Below are positions 50,160 through 62,649 of a stretch of DNA of 64,000 nucleotides, piece after piece. Below the pieces are notes generated by a model. It saw only the letters and a list, made by a program, of their open reading frames with translations. It ran no database searches and had not been told where the DNA came from. The stretch is from positions 28,210,001-28,274,000 of the forward strand of contig JAGIQG010000004.1 in assembly GCA_024679065.1 (NCBI GenBank). Reading direction: 5' to 3'. The first letter of the stretch is position 1; every line of letters starts with the position of its first letter. This DNA is from Sphyrna mokarran. Taxonomy: Eukaryota. Position numbers and translations under genes: made by a program.

Positions 50160-52900
50160 CAGCATAGAACACTACAGCGCAGAACAGGCCCTTCGGCCCT
50201 CGATGTTGCGCCAACCAATTAGGAACAAGCAGTGACCCTCTAAACCATTCCCTTTTCATCCATAAACTTATCTACTAACCTCATAAACGCCACCAAACTT
50301 GGCGCATCTACAACTGACGCAGGCAAGGCATTCCATACCCTTACCACCCTCTGGGTAAAGAACCTACCTCTGACATCTGTCCTAAAACCACCACCCCTTA
50401 ATTTAAAGCTATGTCCCCTCGTGCTAGCTGTCTCCATCCTAGGAAAAAGGCTATCACTGTCCACCCTATCTAAACCTCTAATCATCTTATATGTTTCAAT
50501 AAGGTCTCCTCTTAGCCGCCTTCGTTCTAACGAAAACAACCTCAAATCCCTCAGCCTCTCTTCATAAGACCTGCCCTCCATACCAGGCAACATCCTGGTA
50601 AACCTCCTGTGTACCCTCTCCAATGCCTCCACATCTTTCTTATAATGTGGGGACCAGAACTGCACACAATACTCAAGTGCGGCCGCACTAGAGTTTTGTA
50701 CAGTTGCAACATGACGTTGCGGCTCCGAAATTCAATCCCCCACCAATAAAAGCTAAGACTCCATATGCCTTCTTAACAACCTTCTCGACTTGACTGCCTA
50801 CTTTCAGGGATCTATGCACACACACACCAAGATCCCTCTGTTCATCTAGACTACTAAGAATCCTACCATTAGTCCTATACTCTACACATTTATTATTCCT
50901 GCCAAAGTGCATTACCTCACACTTTTCCACATTAAACTCCATTTGCCACCTCTCGGCCCAGCTCTGCAAATTGTCCAAGTCTCTCTGCAAACTATAACAC
51001 CCCTCTTCACTATCTACCACTCCACCGACTTTAGTGTCATCTGCAAATTTACTAATCCATCCTTCAATACCCTCATCCAGATCATTTATAAAAATTACAA
51101 ACAGCAGGGGCCCCAAAACAGATCCCTGAGGTATACCACTAGTAACCGAACTCCACGATGAATATCTCCCATCAACCACCACCCTCTGTCTTCTATCTGC
51201 TAGCCAATTCCTAATCCAATTAGCTAAATCACCCTCAATCCCATACATCTGCATTTTCTGCAGAAGCCGTCCATGTGCCACCTTATTGAATGCCTTACTA
51301 AAGTCCATATATACCACATCAACTGCCTTACCCCCATCCACCTCTTTGGTCACTTTTTCCAAAAACTCAATAAGGTTAGTAAGGCACAACCTACCCTTCA
51401 CAAAACCATGCTGACTATCCCCAATCAATTCATTTCTCTCTAAATAAATATAAATCCTATCCCTAATAATTCTCTCCAATACTTTGCCCACAACAGAAGT
51501 AAGACTCACTGGCCTATAATTCCCTGAAAGGTCTCTCTTCCCCTTCTTGAACAATGGGACCACATTCGCTATCCTCCAGTCCTCCGGAACCACACCCGTA
51601 ACCAACGACGACCTGAAGATCAGAGCCAGAGGCTCTGCAATTGCCTCTCTTGCCTCCCAGAGAATCCTAGGGTAAATCCCGTTCGGCCCAGGGGACTTAT
51701 CTAACTTCAAACCCTCAAGAATATCTAGCACATCCTCCTTATCTACTTCAATACTTTCCAGTTTGCAAACCTGTATCCCAGTGTTCTCCACAACTACATT
51801 TACATCTCCCTGCGTGAATACCGAAGAGAAATATTTGTTCAGTGTCTCTCCAATCTCTTCAGGCTCCACGCACAACTTCCCACTGCTGTCTCTGACTGGC
51901 CCTAATCTTGCCCTAACCAATCTTCTATTCTTAACATATCTAAAGAAAGCTTTAGGATTTTCCTTGATCCTATCAGCCAAAGTCTTCTTGTGTCCCCTTT
52001 TAGCTCTCCTCAACTCACTCTTTAGCTCCCTCCTGGCTAATCTATAGCTATCCATTGCACTAACTGAGCCTTCAAGCCTCATTCTGACATAAGCCTCCTT
52101 TTTCCTTTTAACCAGCGAATTAACTTTTTTAGTACACCATGGTTCCCTTACTCGACCATTTCCTCCTTGCCTGACAGGGACATACTTATCAAGGACTCGC
52201 AGTAGCTGCTCCTTGAATAAGCTTCACATTTCAGATGTTCCCAGTCCCTGTAGTTTCCTAGTCCAACCTATGCACCCTAATTCCCTCCTTATGGCTTCAT
52301 AATTACCATTCCCCCAGCTATAACTACTGCCCCCAGCATCATGCCTATCCCTATCCATCACTAAGGTGAACGTAACCGAATTGTGGTCACTATCACCAAA
52401 ATGTTCACCAACTTCCAAGCCTAACACCTGGTCTGGCTCATTGCTCAGCACCAAATCCAATGTAGCCTCACCTCTAGTTGGCCTATCTACATACTGAGTC
52501 AAAAAAACCTTCCTGCACACTTTGTACAAAAACTGACCCCTCTAATGAGCTAGAGCTATAGCTATTCCAATCAATATTAGTAAAGTTAAAGTCCCCCATA
52601 ACAATTACCTTATTACTTTCACTCTTGTCCAGGATCGACTTTGCAATCCTTTCCTCTACCTCTCTAGAACTTTTAGGAGGTCTATAAAAGACTCCCAACA
52701 GGGTGACCTCTCTTCTCCTGTTTCTAATCTCAGCCCATACTACCTCAACAGACAAGTCCTCATCAAACTTCCTTTCTGTCACTGTGATACAGTCTTTAAC
52801 TAATAATGCCACTCCTCCCCCCCTTCTACCTCCTTCTCTACTCTGACTGAAGCATTTGAACCCCGGAACCTGCAACAACCATTCCTGTCCCTGCTCTATC
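50160..52900 (-). mobile_element. Young CR1 LINE, near-complete ORF2 (APE plus RT) with frameshifts, antisense in PHLPP2 intron 2
   Basis: ORFs 52483-52905, 52224-52529, 50688-52082 and 50240-50665: GGGVALLV, MGDFN, SDHN, KFADDTK; nearly identical to 16660-18534. Confidence 0.97.
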
Positions 52901-52989
52901 GTCAAAAGTCGTCAAAACTATAGAAGTTTTGACGACTTGGTGTATTATGTACAAGATTACAACAGCTGTCCAAGCTTTCTTCAACTATA

Positions 52990-53335
52990 TATTCTTAAAT
53001 CTGCAAACTCTGCTGTCTAGAAGAACAAACGTGAGTGGTGCATGGGAGCACCACCAAATCCATGTTCACCTCCCAATCACATGTCATCTTGACTTGGAAA
53101 TGTATCAGTGTTGCGTCATCACACTGGGTCAAAATCCTGGCAATTCCTACTGAATAGTGTCATGGAATGAATGCCAGCACGAACTGATTAGACTGGTCTA
53201 TTTCTGTGCTCAATATATTTATCTTCACCATGTAGAGTGTACCAGTTCAAAGTGGCAATACACCACAACTTAAGGACCGTGAGAAATGGACAATAAATTC
53301 TTGCTTTGCTGGCAATGCCCACATCCTATGAATGG
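52990..53335 (+). mobile_element. 3' tail of the old CR1/L2-group LINE family
   Basis: Homologous to 14440-14730 (cttgacttggaaat..atca; ctgggtcaaaatcctgg; caataaat..cccacatcc..tgaat). Confidence 0.6.
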
Positions 53336-53349
53336 ACAGATTCTTAAAT

Positions 53350-53525
53350 AATGATCAGATTTAGTTTAATCATGTTGATTGAGGAATACTGACCAGGAAA
53401 TTGGGAGAGCTGTGCACTCTTCTTCAGTTAGTGCCATTTGGATTTTTCATGTCCATCCACGAGGCCAGATGGGACTCTTAACTTGCATCCAAAAGATGAT
53501 ACCTTCAACAGTACTCTGCTGCAGA
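53350..53525 (-). mobile_element. DeuSINE (Deu-domain) fossil
   Basis: ctcttcttcagttagtgccatttggatttttcatgtccatcc..gaggccagatgg..catccaaaagatg..accttcaacagt resembles the reverse complement of the Deu domain of AmnSINE1/SacSINE1 as I recall it. Confidence 0.55.
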
Positions 53526-53699
53526 ATACCATTCTTAATTTTCAATGATTGCCTTACAACCAGTAAGAATTTTGTTGTTCGTTAACAGCAGGGAATATCT
53601 CGACTTTTTGTGTCTATTATCATAATTGGTACAAACCAAAATCAAATTGATTCCATGTTTTCTGCTGTATGCACGTACAAAAATATTTTTAGTAATAAT

Positions 53700-53975
53700 C
53701 GAGCCTGCTGCAACAGCAATCCCACACAGTTACTATCCCCTTAACTCCATATATTTACCCTGCTAATCCCCCTGACACTAAGGGGCAAGTTAACGTGTCT
53801 GGTTTACCTTATTGCACATCTTTGGATTGTGGGAAGAAACTAGAGCACTTGGAGGAAAACCATGCAGACGTAAGGAAAATGTGCAAGCTCCACATGGTCA
53901 CCCAAGCTGGGAATTGAACCTCGATCCCTGGTGCTGTTAGGCAATAGTGCTAACCATTGTGTCACTGTGCTGTCC
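53700..53975 (-). mobile_element. HE1/V-SINE-like element, tail type A
   Basis: V-core and head gggaattgaacc...gtgctaaccattgtgtcactgtgc. Confidence 0.8.
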
Positions 53976-54499
53976 TTAAATTTGGGGCGACCAATTTTAT
54001 TTTGGCGTCAGGTGACAATGATAAAATGTTATGTTTATGACTCTAATTCTTTGAGATTGCCACCTAAAAGTAATTGCAAGGTAGTTATTATGTATTTGCT
54101 GCAGACTTGATTTAAAGTTTTCTTTCTTTTAATTCTTGCTTTAAGAAACTTGATTTGCAACTTCTTTAATGTTGGTATACATAATGTTGGTATGCATATA
54201 TTGTAATCCCTGTTGACTGCGTTTCTTGCCTAATTCTGCTTTGTCTCGCTCTTCAGCTTACTGCCAGGCAATCTGGGGCCACTTTTCTTTCCTCTTTTTC
54301 ACCTCTTCACGTTTCCCAGAAATTTATTACTATAGGAGACTTGCCTGTTAATTCTCCTGTGTCTAGTAGGAGCCCACCGTGTGTTCTCCTGAGCAAGCTG
54401 CAGCGATGAAAGTTAGGAGATGTGCCAAACTAGATGAGCCATCCTTTATAGATGATAGATGAAATTGAAGACTATTCTGATCATTTTCTTTATTCAGTT

Positions 54500-55950
54500 T
54501 TGGGGGATAAAACCCCTTCAGAATATGCTTAGAATTCTGGTGTCACAGTTATCCAATTCTGATCTTGATAGGTTTTCAGGTTCCAATTTTCACAATCATG
54601 TAGGACAGTGGAGAGCACATTTGCGCTGTGAACGATAAACTATTTAATCATGGATCTCAGTCAAACACTTGCACCACTCCAACCTCAGCCATTGAGCTCC
54701 AATATACTGACGATGCTGAATTGGAAGCAGATCTTCAGAGAATTGTCAAAATTATTTACTGAGGCATATGAGAAGGGGAACTTCAAATCAACATTCAGAA
54801 GACAAAATACTGCAAATGCTGCATATCTGAAATAAAAACTGAAAATGTTGGAAAACTTCAGGCATGACAGTATCCATGGAGAGAGAAACAGAGTTAAAAT
54901 ATTAAGTCCACATGATTCTTCAGAGCTCTAAAGACCAAAGTCTTTCATCAGCACACTAGAAGTGCATGCCCCAGCCCCATTGATTAGGATTCATGATCAG
55001 TGCCTGGAAAATGTGGAATGCATTCAACACCTTGGAAGTTATCTTTTAATAGAAGTTGACATTGACAAAGAAATTAGATATCATTTGAAATATGCAGGTT
55101 AGTCTTTGGTCACCTGAGGAAATTGCTGTTTGAAGATCACAGTATTAAAACTGAAACCAAGCTTACAATCTACCATGCAGTCATGATCCTTACCTTGCTC
55201 GTGCTTGGCTGAAACATGGACAATATGCAGGAGACACGTCAAGGCACTGGAATCATATCGCTGATGCTCTGGCTGTGGCAGATCTGATGGGAGGACAAAT
55301 GCACCAACATCAGTGTGCTCTATAAAGCAGGCTCCAGAAGCAATGAGGCTGTGATCGGTTTTGTTAGGTTGAACCTTGCTTTGAATGTCAGATGTTTGGA
55401 TGCCAGAGCAGGTCATCTCTTCCGAGCTGACTCGGGGTATGTGCACGAGGAGAGGGGGAGGTCGATTAACTCAGACTCAATGGCTGGTTTGTGATGCAGT
55501 GCAGTGCTAACAGCATAAGTTGGATTTCTGTGCCATTGAGGTTTTCCATGAAGGCCCTGCCTTTTCAACATTGCCTTCACTTGTGGTGTGGTGGCTCTCA
55601 GGGTAAATCACTGCCAATCAGCTCTCTTTCTCAAAAAGAGGGAGATGGTCTATAGTTCTGTGGGACTTTGGTAATTTTCATTTCACCAGAGTAGGAAAGA
55701 AGTTGTTCAAGGCTGTGCTGAAAGTCGACATGAAGGAACGCAACACTGACCTCAACTCTTGGGTGACCATCAATTTGGATTGAACCAGACAGCTGCAGAA
55801 TCTATTGAAAAGATCCCAGCACTTTGACATCCAATAAATTACTCAAATTAATAACACACAACCAGATACCCCACGTGACACAAAATCCATTACGTGCCCT
55901 AAAGTTTGCAGATGCTGAATTGGCCTCATCAACCATCTTTGGTCATGTAG
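54500..55950 (+). mobile_element. RTE-clade LINE fossil (RT C-terminal part) with nested repeats
   Basis: Remnants DLQRIVKLFTEAYE, LENVECIQHLGSYL, LTIYHAVMI; interrupted at about 54800-54930 and by a tRNA-SINE-like insert at about 55455-55680. Confidence 0.6.
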
Positions 55951-56299
55951 AAGACAACCATTCTTGCTTGAAAGGGATAGGCCAATAATTACTGTTCCAG
56001 ATTTCTTTTCATTTGGTTGGTTGACCTAGCCTCGCACTAAGCTGTTTGTCTGTGGCTCTCTGGATATTATTAGGACTGTCCAGATAAACAGTGTCCATTT
56101 TGTTTTAATTGCCATAAGCATCTGCTGATTGTTGGTGGTTCCTTGTTGTCATTTGTTTTGATACCCTGACACTTATCGGAAGTTCCATTCTCAGCCTGAT
56201 TGCCTGTTCAGTTAATGAGTTTTTGCAGCCCAAATATACTATCTAACAGGGCAGAAGGTTATACGCTAACCATTATTGATTCATTTCGATCCAAGATTA

Positions 56300-57750
56300 T
56301 CTATGGTTAACTTCCTTAATATCCGGTCAATAGTGACCATAGAAAGAAAGGGAAAGCATGTAACCTTGCTTGGTGCCAGTCAACACCTAATTGGTCACTA
56401 AACATCATCTATCCTTACACAAGACCTGGAATCCTCATTGATTTCCTCAATAGCTGAAACCATCTTCAGTGAGATGTCACATGAAAAGAAAATTTTCCAC
56501 AGTGAAGGCCAGTGTTGGCTAGCAATGCGATATGTGATACTGTTTGAAGCTTTGTGATATGTCTCTGTGCATAAATTTGCTGAGTGTGTGTGTTTTGTTC
56601 TGAAGCCTGCCTGTTGTTCTTGATCACAGTTGAGAGTCATTTGGCAATAGATTTTGCATGGCATGGATAGGAGAGTGACTCCAATTACAATATTCCATAG
56701 GATTACCTTTTTATTCTGCAGACACAGACTCTTTGACCCATCTTAATAATCTTGAGCAACAAGGCCAATGATTTGGACTTGGTTGCAAGATTGACATAGC
56801 TTTTGGACAGTTTCTGCAGAATAATATCTATGCTGGAAAATTTGTTCTTGAGTTCAGCAATTGCCTTCTTCACCTAATTTTCAGTGAACTCTGCACTTAC
56901 TAGAAGTGCATTTGGGGGCTGATCAATCTGGGCTGGATTGGTTGCAATAGGCCCACTGAGGATTTTGTGCAAGTGTTCTGTCCTTCATAGTAACTAATCT
57001 TCATCTTAGTTAGCTTGTACATTCTCTTGAAGGTAGTATGTTCCATTCTTGCTTTCTTATTGTCTAAAATCTTCTTTCCAATTTGGAAAAATAATCTCAT
57101 GTCATTTGTGGGCATCTGTACCCTTTGCTGCTTGTTCTTGTTTGTTCATCCATCTTTGCTTGTTTTTTGAGCACTCTCTTCATTCCTCTATCTTTATTTA
57201 CATAAACCTGATGGAAAGCAGACATTTCCTGTTTCATTTTTCTATCATTCCTGATGAAGTACCTTCTTTTCTACTGCACAATCCCATTTGTAGTAACTGA
57301 TACTATGATATCCTAGTACTTGTCCCTTGCTCCTCTCATTGCTATCTTTAGTTCTTCCCAACTGTCAGCTGTTTTAGACATGAAATCAGCAAGGACATCA
57401 AATCTATTTCTAAGCATAAGTTGAAATCATTTTTAGTTCTATTGTCATTGAACTTGCTGATATCAAATCTCATCAATCTCTTTGATTCTTCTGTCTCTGA
57501 CCTGAGTTATATTTATTACCAAATAGTGAATACTGAATATATATCTGCCCTTCTGTATGATCTAATATTTTGAAAACATGTAGTTTGCCTTAATGTTTGA
57601 TCCAGTGATCTGTATTTTCCTTCATTACTAAGCAAACAGATTTGCTGATTTCAAAACCTTGGACTCAAAACTTACACATTGTCACTTGCACAAATTTTTG
57701 CAGCTTTCCAAATGCTAGATCATGTGGAGTAGTTTTAGTGGCATTTTTAC
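56300..57750 (-). mobile_element. RTE-clade LINE fossil
   Basis: Minus-strand EQQAGFR remnant (ORF 56398-56664) and purine-rich linker region. Confidence 0.5.
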
Positions 57751-58549
57751 ATCAAAATACTGTATAGCTTGAAAGTATTGAGAATACACTGCATGGGAAG
57801 TTTATTGCCTTGAAAATATGACAAATTTGTGCACTTGTATTTTCTGCAGTTGCTTTACAGTTGATGATATACCCTTTGAACAGCTAGTCTGTTGTCAAAA
57901 TTTCTAACGTTAAAATTTACTGAGTGATGTGATTAATTGTGATAGAGATGTTTGTGTCTGTCAACGAATTTGATGACAAATATCACCAAATTGTCAGTTT
58001 TGACAGATGATTCTTTTGTTTTAGTATGCATTTGATATGTTTGCAATGAACCAGTTTAGATTTGTTGGTTCGCGGATAATTGCAGAGAAGAAATGCACTT
58101 TCGGCCACGTTAGCTCATCTTTTAAGACCTTAAATTCCCGAATTACGATAACAGATTGATTCTTGAAAGATTCTAGTGTTTTGGCCACCACTATATTTGG
58201 AAGACTATTTAGTATAATGATTACGCTGTGTGAAGAAAACCTTTAATGGTATAAACTAATTTACATTTTTCCAGACTTTTCTGTACTATTTTTGTGTACC
58301 TTTCAGATATTTCATTTTAATGGTGAAAAGGTCAGGTTTGTTCAGTTTTTCCTCAACTAATACCTCTAAGACTGCGGAATCATTTGTGCAGCTTATTTCA
58401 TGGTTTGAATGTCCCCTTTTGTTTTTTTTGGAGACCAGAGCTGCACACGACTCGGTGTGGTTTGACCAGAGCGTTCTACAGTTTAATCAAGACTTCCTGA
58501 CTTGTGTTTTGCTGTCCTGTCCAGAATATTTGAATGTGAGGAGGATAGA

Positions 58550-59410
58550 CTTTTGAAGGGCATAGACAGGCTGGTTGAATGAGCAAGCATGTGGCAAGTG
58601 CAGTTTAACACAGAAGTGTGAAGTGATTTATTTGGGATGAAGGACGAAAAAATGCAATATCAAGTAAAGAATGCAATTCTATAGGGCTGCAGAAGCAAAG
58701 GGGCGTGGGAGTACGTGTGCAAAGATTGTTGAAGGTGGCAGGGCAGATTGAAAAATTAACAAAGCATTCAAAAACCTAAATGTTATAAATAGAGGGATGG
58801 AGTACAAAGTTATGATTGTTTATAAAACCTCAACTTGTTCATTATGTCCAATTCTGGGCACCAAACTTCAGGAAGGATGTGAAAGCACTAGGCAGCACGC
58901 AGAAAAGTTTTTTGAGCAACTTCCAGTGATAAGAGACTTTCGTTACATGGATAGATCAATGAAGCTGGGTTTTTCTTGGTGAAGAGAAGATTGACAAACT
59001 TACTGAGATGAGAGACTTCAGTTACGTGGATAGATTAGCAAAGCTGGACTGTTCTTGAAGAACAGAATGTGGAGAGTATCGGAGATTTTCTTTAAGCATT
59101 CAAAATCATGGGAATTCTGGACAGATTATTAGCAGAATGGTTGAGAATCAGAGAACACTGGTTTAAGGTGACTGACAAAAGAACCAATAATGACACGAGG
59201 AAAAATATTTTTGTGTGACAGGCAGTTAGGATCTGAATGCAACGCCTGAGTGTGTGGTTGTGGCAGATTCAATCATGGCTTTTGAAAGCTAATTGGCCAA
59301 TTAATTCAATAGAAAAAAATTGCAAGGTTACAAGGGGAAAAGGCAGGGGAGTGGAATAAGCTGAGTTATTCTTGCATGGAGCCAGCATTTGCTACAACCA
59401 TTTTAGATTC
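58550..59410 (+). mobile_element. Old CR1 LINE 3' fragment
   Basis: WQVQFNT.KCEVI, QFWAP..RKDVKAL remnants. Confidence 0.7.
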
Positions 59411-59493
59411 TTAACACTTTCTTTCTAGATCTTACACGTGTTCAAAGTAATTGTCTTATTCTTAATACTATTTTCAACATTTTTTGTTTCTAG

Positions 59494-59627
59494 GAGAATG
59501 AATCCTGATGAGAAACCTCTGCAAATCCTTTACGATTATCTGACTGGACTAGGTTTCCAGGATCCAGTGCGGATACAAGAGGAAGGAGCCATGGCTGATC
59601 TGAGCTGCATGATCAGATACTTTCATG
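59494..59627 (+). CDS. PHLPP2: PHLPP2 exon 3
   Basis: Acceptor ttgtttctag; [44 protein letters not shown](G); donor G|gtagga; 134 nt; phase matches exon 2. Confidence 0.95.
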
Positions 59628-60159
59628 GTAGGATTTCATGTGCTGGCTGTTTAAAAATTTCTGGGAGCAAGGGATTTAATTAATGTTTTTATTTCTTCAA
59701 TCTGGAAAAGGTTTTAAAAGTCCAATCATCAGTGGTTGGCTTGTGCACATTAAACCATTGTAATTCAGCAATGTGGTAGGACAGAAAGTTTTCAACCAAA
59801 TACTTGGACTATTAGACTCTATCTTGTCAGCCATTGCACACTCCTGCCTGTTAGGGTTGAATTTTATTACTACTTTGTCAGATCGTTAATTTTGCTTTGC
59901 TAGAGTGGCATGTTACCTTTTGGGAGAGGTAAAGTGAAGCTCTTGTCAGCTGATCATCATTAAATAGCATTCACGGTCATGGAAATGTTCGTGTAGGTGA
60001 ATGGAGTCATCGCAATGTGCTTCACAGCCAATTAGATGCAATTAGGAGATGTCAAACTGGTAGGGGAACACACAAGTACCTGCAGCAGTGCCTTTTCTTT
60101 TATTTACTGGTGCAATACATATTGGAATGGTGTCAGGGAAAATTGGCACCATGGGTATC

Positions 60160-61920
60160 GGTACAAAGAACCCCCAGGTTTTGTCTTGACACTACGGACT
60201 TCCTACAGAAACTCAGCACACATGGAGCAGTTGAACCAGGGACACTCCTTGTCACAATGGATGTCTCGGCGCTCTACACCAACACCCCCCACGACGATGG
60301 TATTACTGCAACTGCCTCAGTACTCAATGCCAATAACTGCCAGTTTCCGGATGCAATTTTACAACTCGTCCGCTTCATCTTGGACCACAATATCTTCACC
60401 TTCAACAATCAGCTTTTCATCCAGACACATGGAACAGCCATGGGGACCAAATTCGCACCTCAGTATGCCAACATCTTCATGCATAGGTTCGAACAAGACT
60501 TCTTCACTACACGAGATCTTCAACCAAGGTTATATACTAGATACATTGATGACATCTTTTTCCTTTGGACTCATGGTGAACAATTATTGAAACAACTGTA
60601 TGATGATATCAACAAGTTCCATCCCACCATCAGACTCACCATGGACTATTCTCCAGAATCAGTTGCATTCTTGGACACGCATCTCCATCAAGGACGGTCA
60701 CCTCAGCACCTCACTACCACAAACCGACAGACAACCTCACAATGCTCCACTTCTCCAGCTTCCACCCTAGACACGTTTAAGAAGCCATTCCCTATGGACA
60801 AGCCCTCTGTATACACAGAATTTGCTCAGACAAGGAGGATCGTGACAGACACCTCCAGACGCTGAAGAATGCCCTCGTGAGAACAGGATATGGCGCTCGA
60901 CTCATCTATCGACAGTTCCGACGTGCCACAGCGATAAACCGCACTGACCTCCTCAGAAGATGGACATGGTGGACAGAATACCCTTTGTTGTCCAGTACTT
61001 CCCCGGAGCAGAGAAGCTACGACATCTTCTCTGGAGTCTTCAACATATCATTGATGACGATGAACATCTTGCTAGGGCCATCCCCACCCCCCCACTTCTT
61101 GCTTTCAGACAACCGCACAACCTCAACAGATCATTGTTCGCAGCAAACTACCCAACCTTCAGGAGAACAGTGACCACAATACCACACAACCCTGCCACAG
61201 CAACCTCAGCAAGACATGCCAGATCATAGATATGGACGACATCATCAAACGTGAGGATACCATTCACCAGGTACACGGTACATACCCTTGCAACTCGGCC
61301 AACGTTGTCTACCTAATACGTTGCAAGAAAGGATGTCCTGAAGCATGGTACATTGGGGAGACCGTGTAGACACTACGACAGCGGACGAATGAGCATCGCT
61401 CAACAATCACCAGGCAAAACAGTTCCCTTCCTGTGGGCGAACACTTCAGCAGTCATGGACATTCGGCTCTGACCTGCGGGTAAATGTTCTTCAAGGGGGC
61501 CTTCGTGACACACGACAGCACAGAGTTGCTGAGCAGAGACTGATAGCCAAGTTCCGCACACATGAGGACGGTCTTAATAGGGATCTTGGCTTCATGACAC
61601 ACTATCTGTAACCCCCGTAACTTGCCTGGGTTAGCAAAAAACCTCACTTACTGTGCTGTCTGGAGAAAATACACAATTCTCTAACCAATGCTCAGGATTC
61701 CCTTCACACACATTGTTAGCCACTTTAACACTTGAATAGCAGGTTAGATGTAAGGATTCGCATTCTAATCAGTAATCTGTGACTGTCTGTGTTGATATAT
61801 GTGCTATTGCAGACCAGAACACTGCATTTGCCTGACGAAGACACAGTGTCGAAAGCTCGCAAATTTACTATCAAGTAAATCGGTTGGATTTAAAATTGAT
61901 GTTGCTAGATTCTTACTGAG
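60160..61920 (+). mobile_element. Penelope-like retroelement (RT plus GIY-YIG endonuclease), 5'-truncated and frameshifted
   Basis: LVTMDVSALYTN, QTHGTAMGTKFAPQYANIFM, RYIDDIF; GIY-YIG NVVYLIRCKKGCPEAWYIGET at about 61301-61363; 3' terminal repeat with hammerhead. Confidence 0.93.
61826..61864 (+). ncRNA. Minimal type I hammerhead ribozyme motif
   Basis: atttgc-CTGACGA-a-gaca(cag)tgtc-GAAA-gc-TC-gcaaat: intact core, 6-bp stem I, 4-bp stem II, palindromic AGCU stem III. Confidence 0.75.
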
Positions 61921-62649
61921 TTCTCTCGGCTCAGAGTGCCATTGTCAGATTTGTATTTCTCTCACCAATAATCAGATTCTAGGGTAAGAAATATTTAGTC
62001 GGAAACTGAAATAAGAGCACAAAACACAAAGTGCAGATACTAGTCAATGTTTGGAGAAAAGGAAAGATTTACATTTTGGTTCCTGGTCCATTTCTAATGT
62101 AGTTATATTAAGATTGCTCAAACTAATTTGATGTCAAATTTGTAAATCTAGGAGCATAAGACATTGAAAGCAAAGTGTGCTAATCCACTGTGCTATACAG
62201 CTTCGTTTTTATCTAATTTCTGTACTGTATGCAGTTGATCACAAATTAACAACCTGTCCACAGGATACCACAGTTCTAATAACATTACATCTGACAAGAT
62301 TTGCATTTTCATTTCAAGGTCTGCCCAAGTATATAGCATGAAATAGTACCTGGGTGGCAAATTTAGCCCAAATCCACTATGTGTTTTGAGTAAGGTCCTT
62401 GAAGTGGAGTAGTAATTATTTTGTAACTGAAAACTGGAATTGACATGCAGCTTATTTCGGAATAAGTAAGTATTTGTTGTGCGCTGACTTACTTCCCTTT
62501 TTTCTCTCTCATGAAACTGACAATTGAATATTGCTGAGAAAAGGCATACTATGTAGAAACTGGAAACAAGAGTAGGCCTTTGAGTCTGGCAAATCATCAA
62601 ATTCAATATTCCAATTCCCCCCCCTCCCCCCAGTATCTAATTTCTTGAA

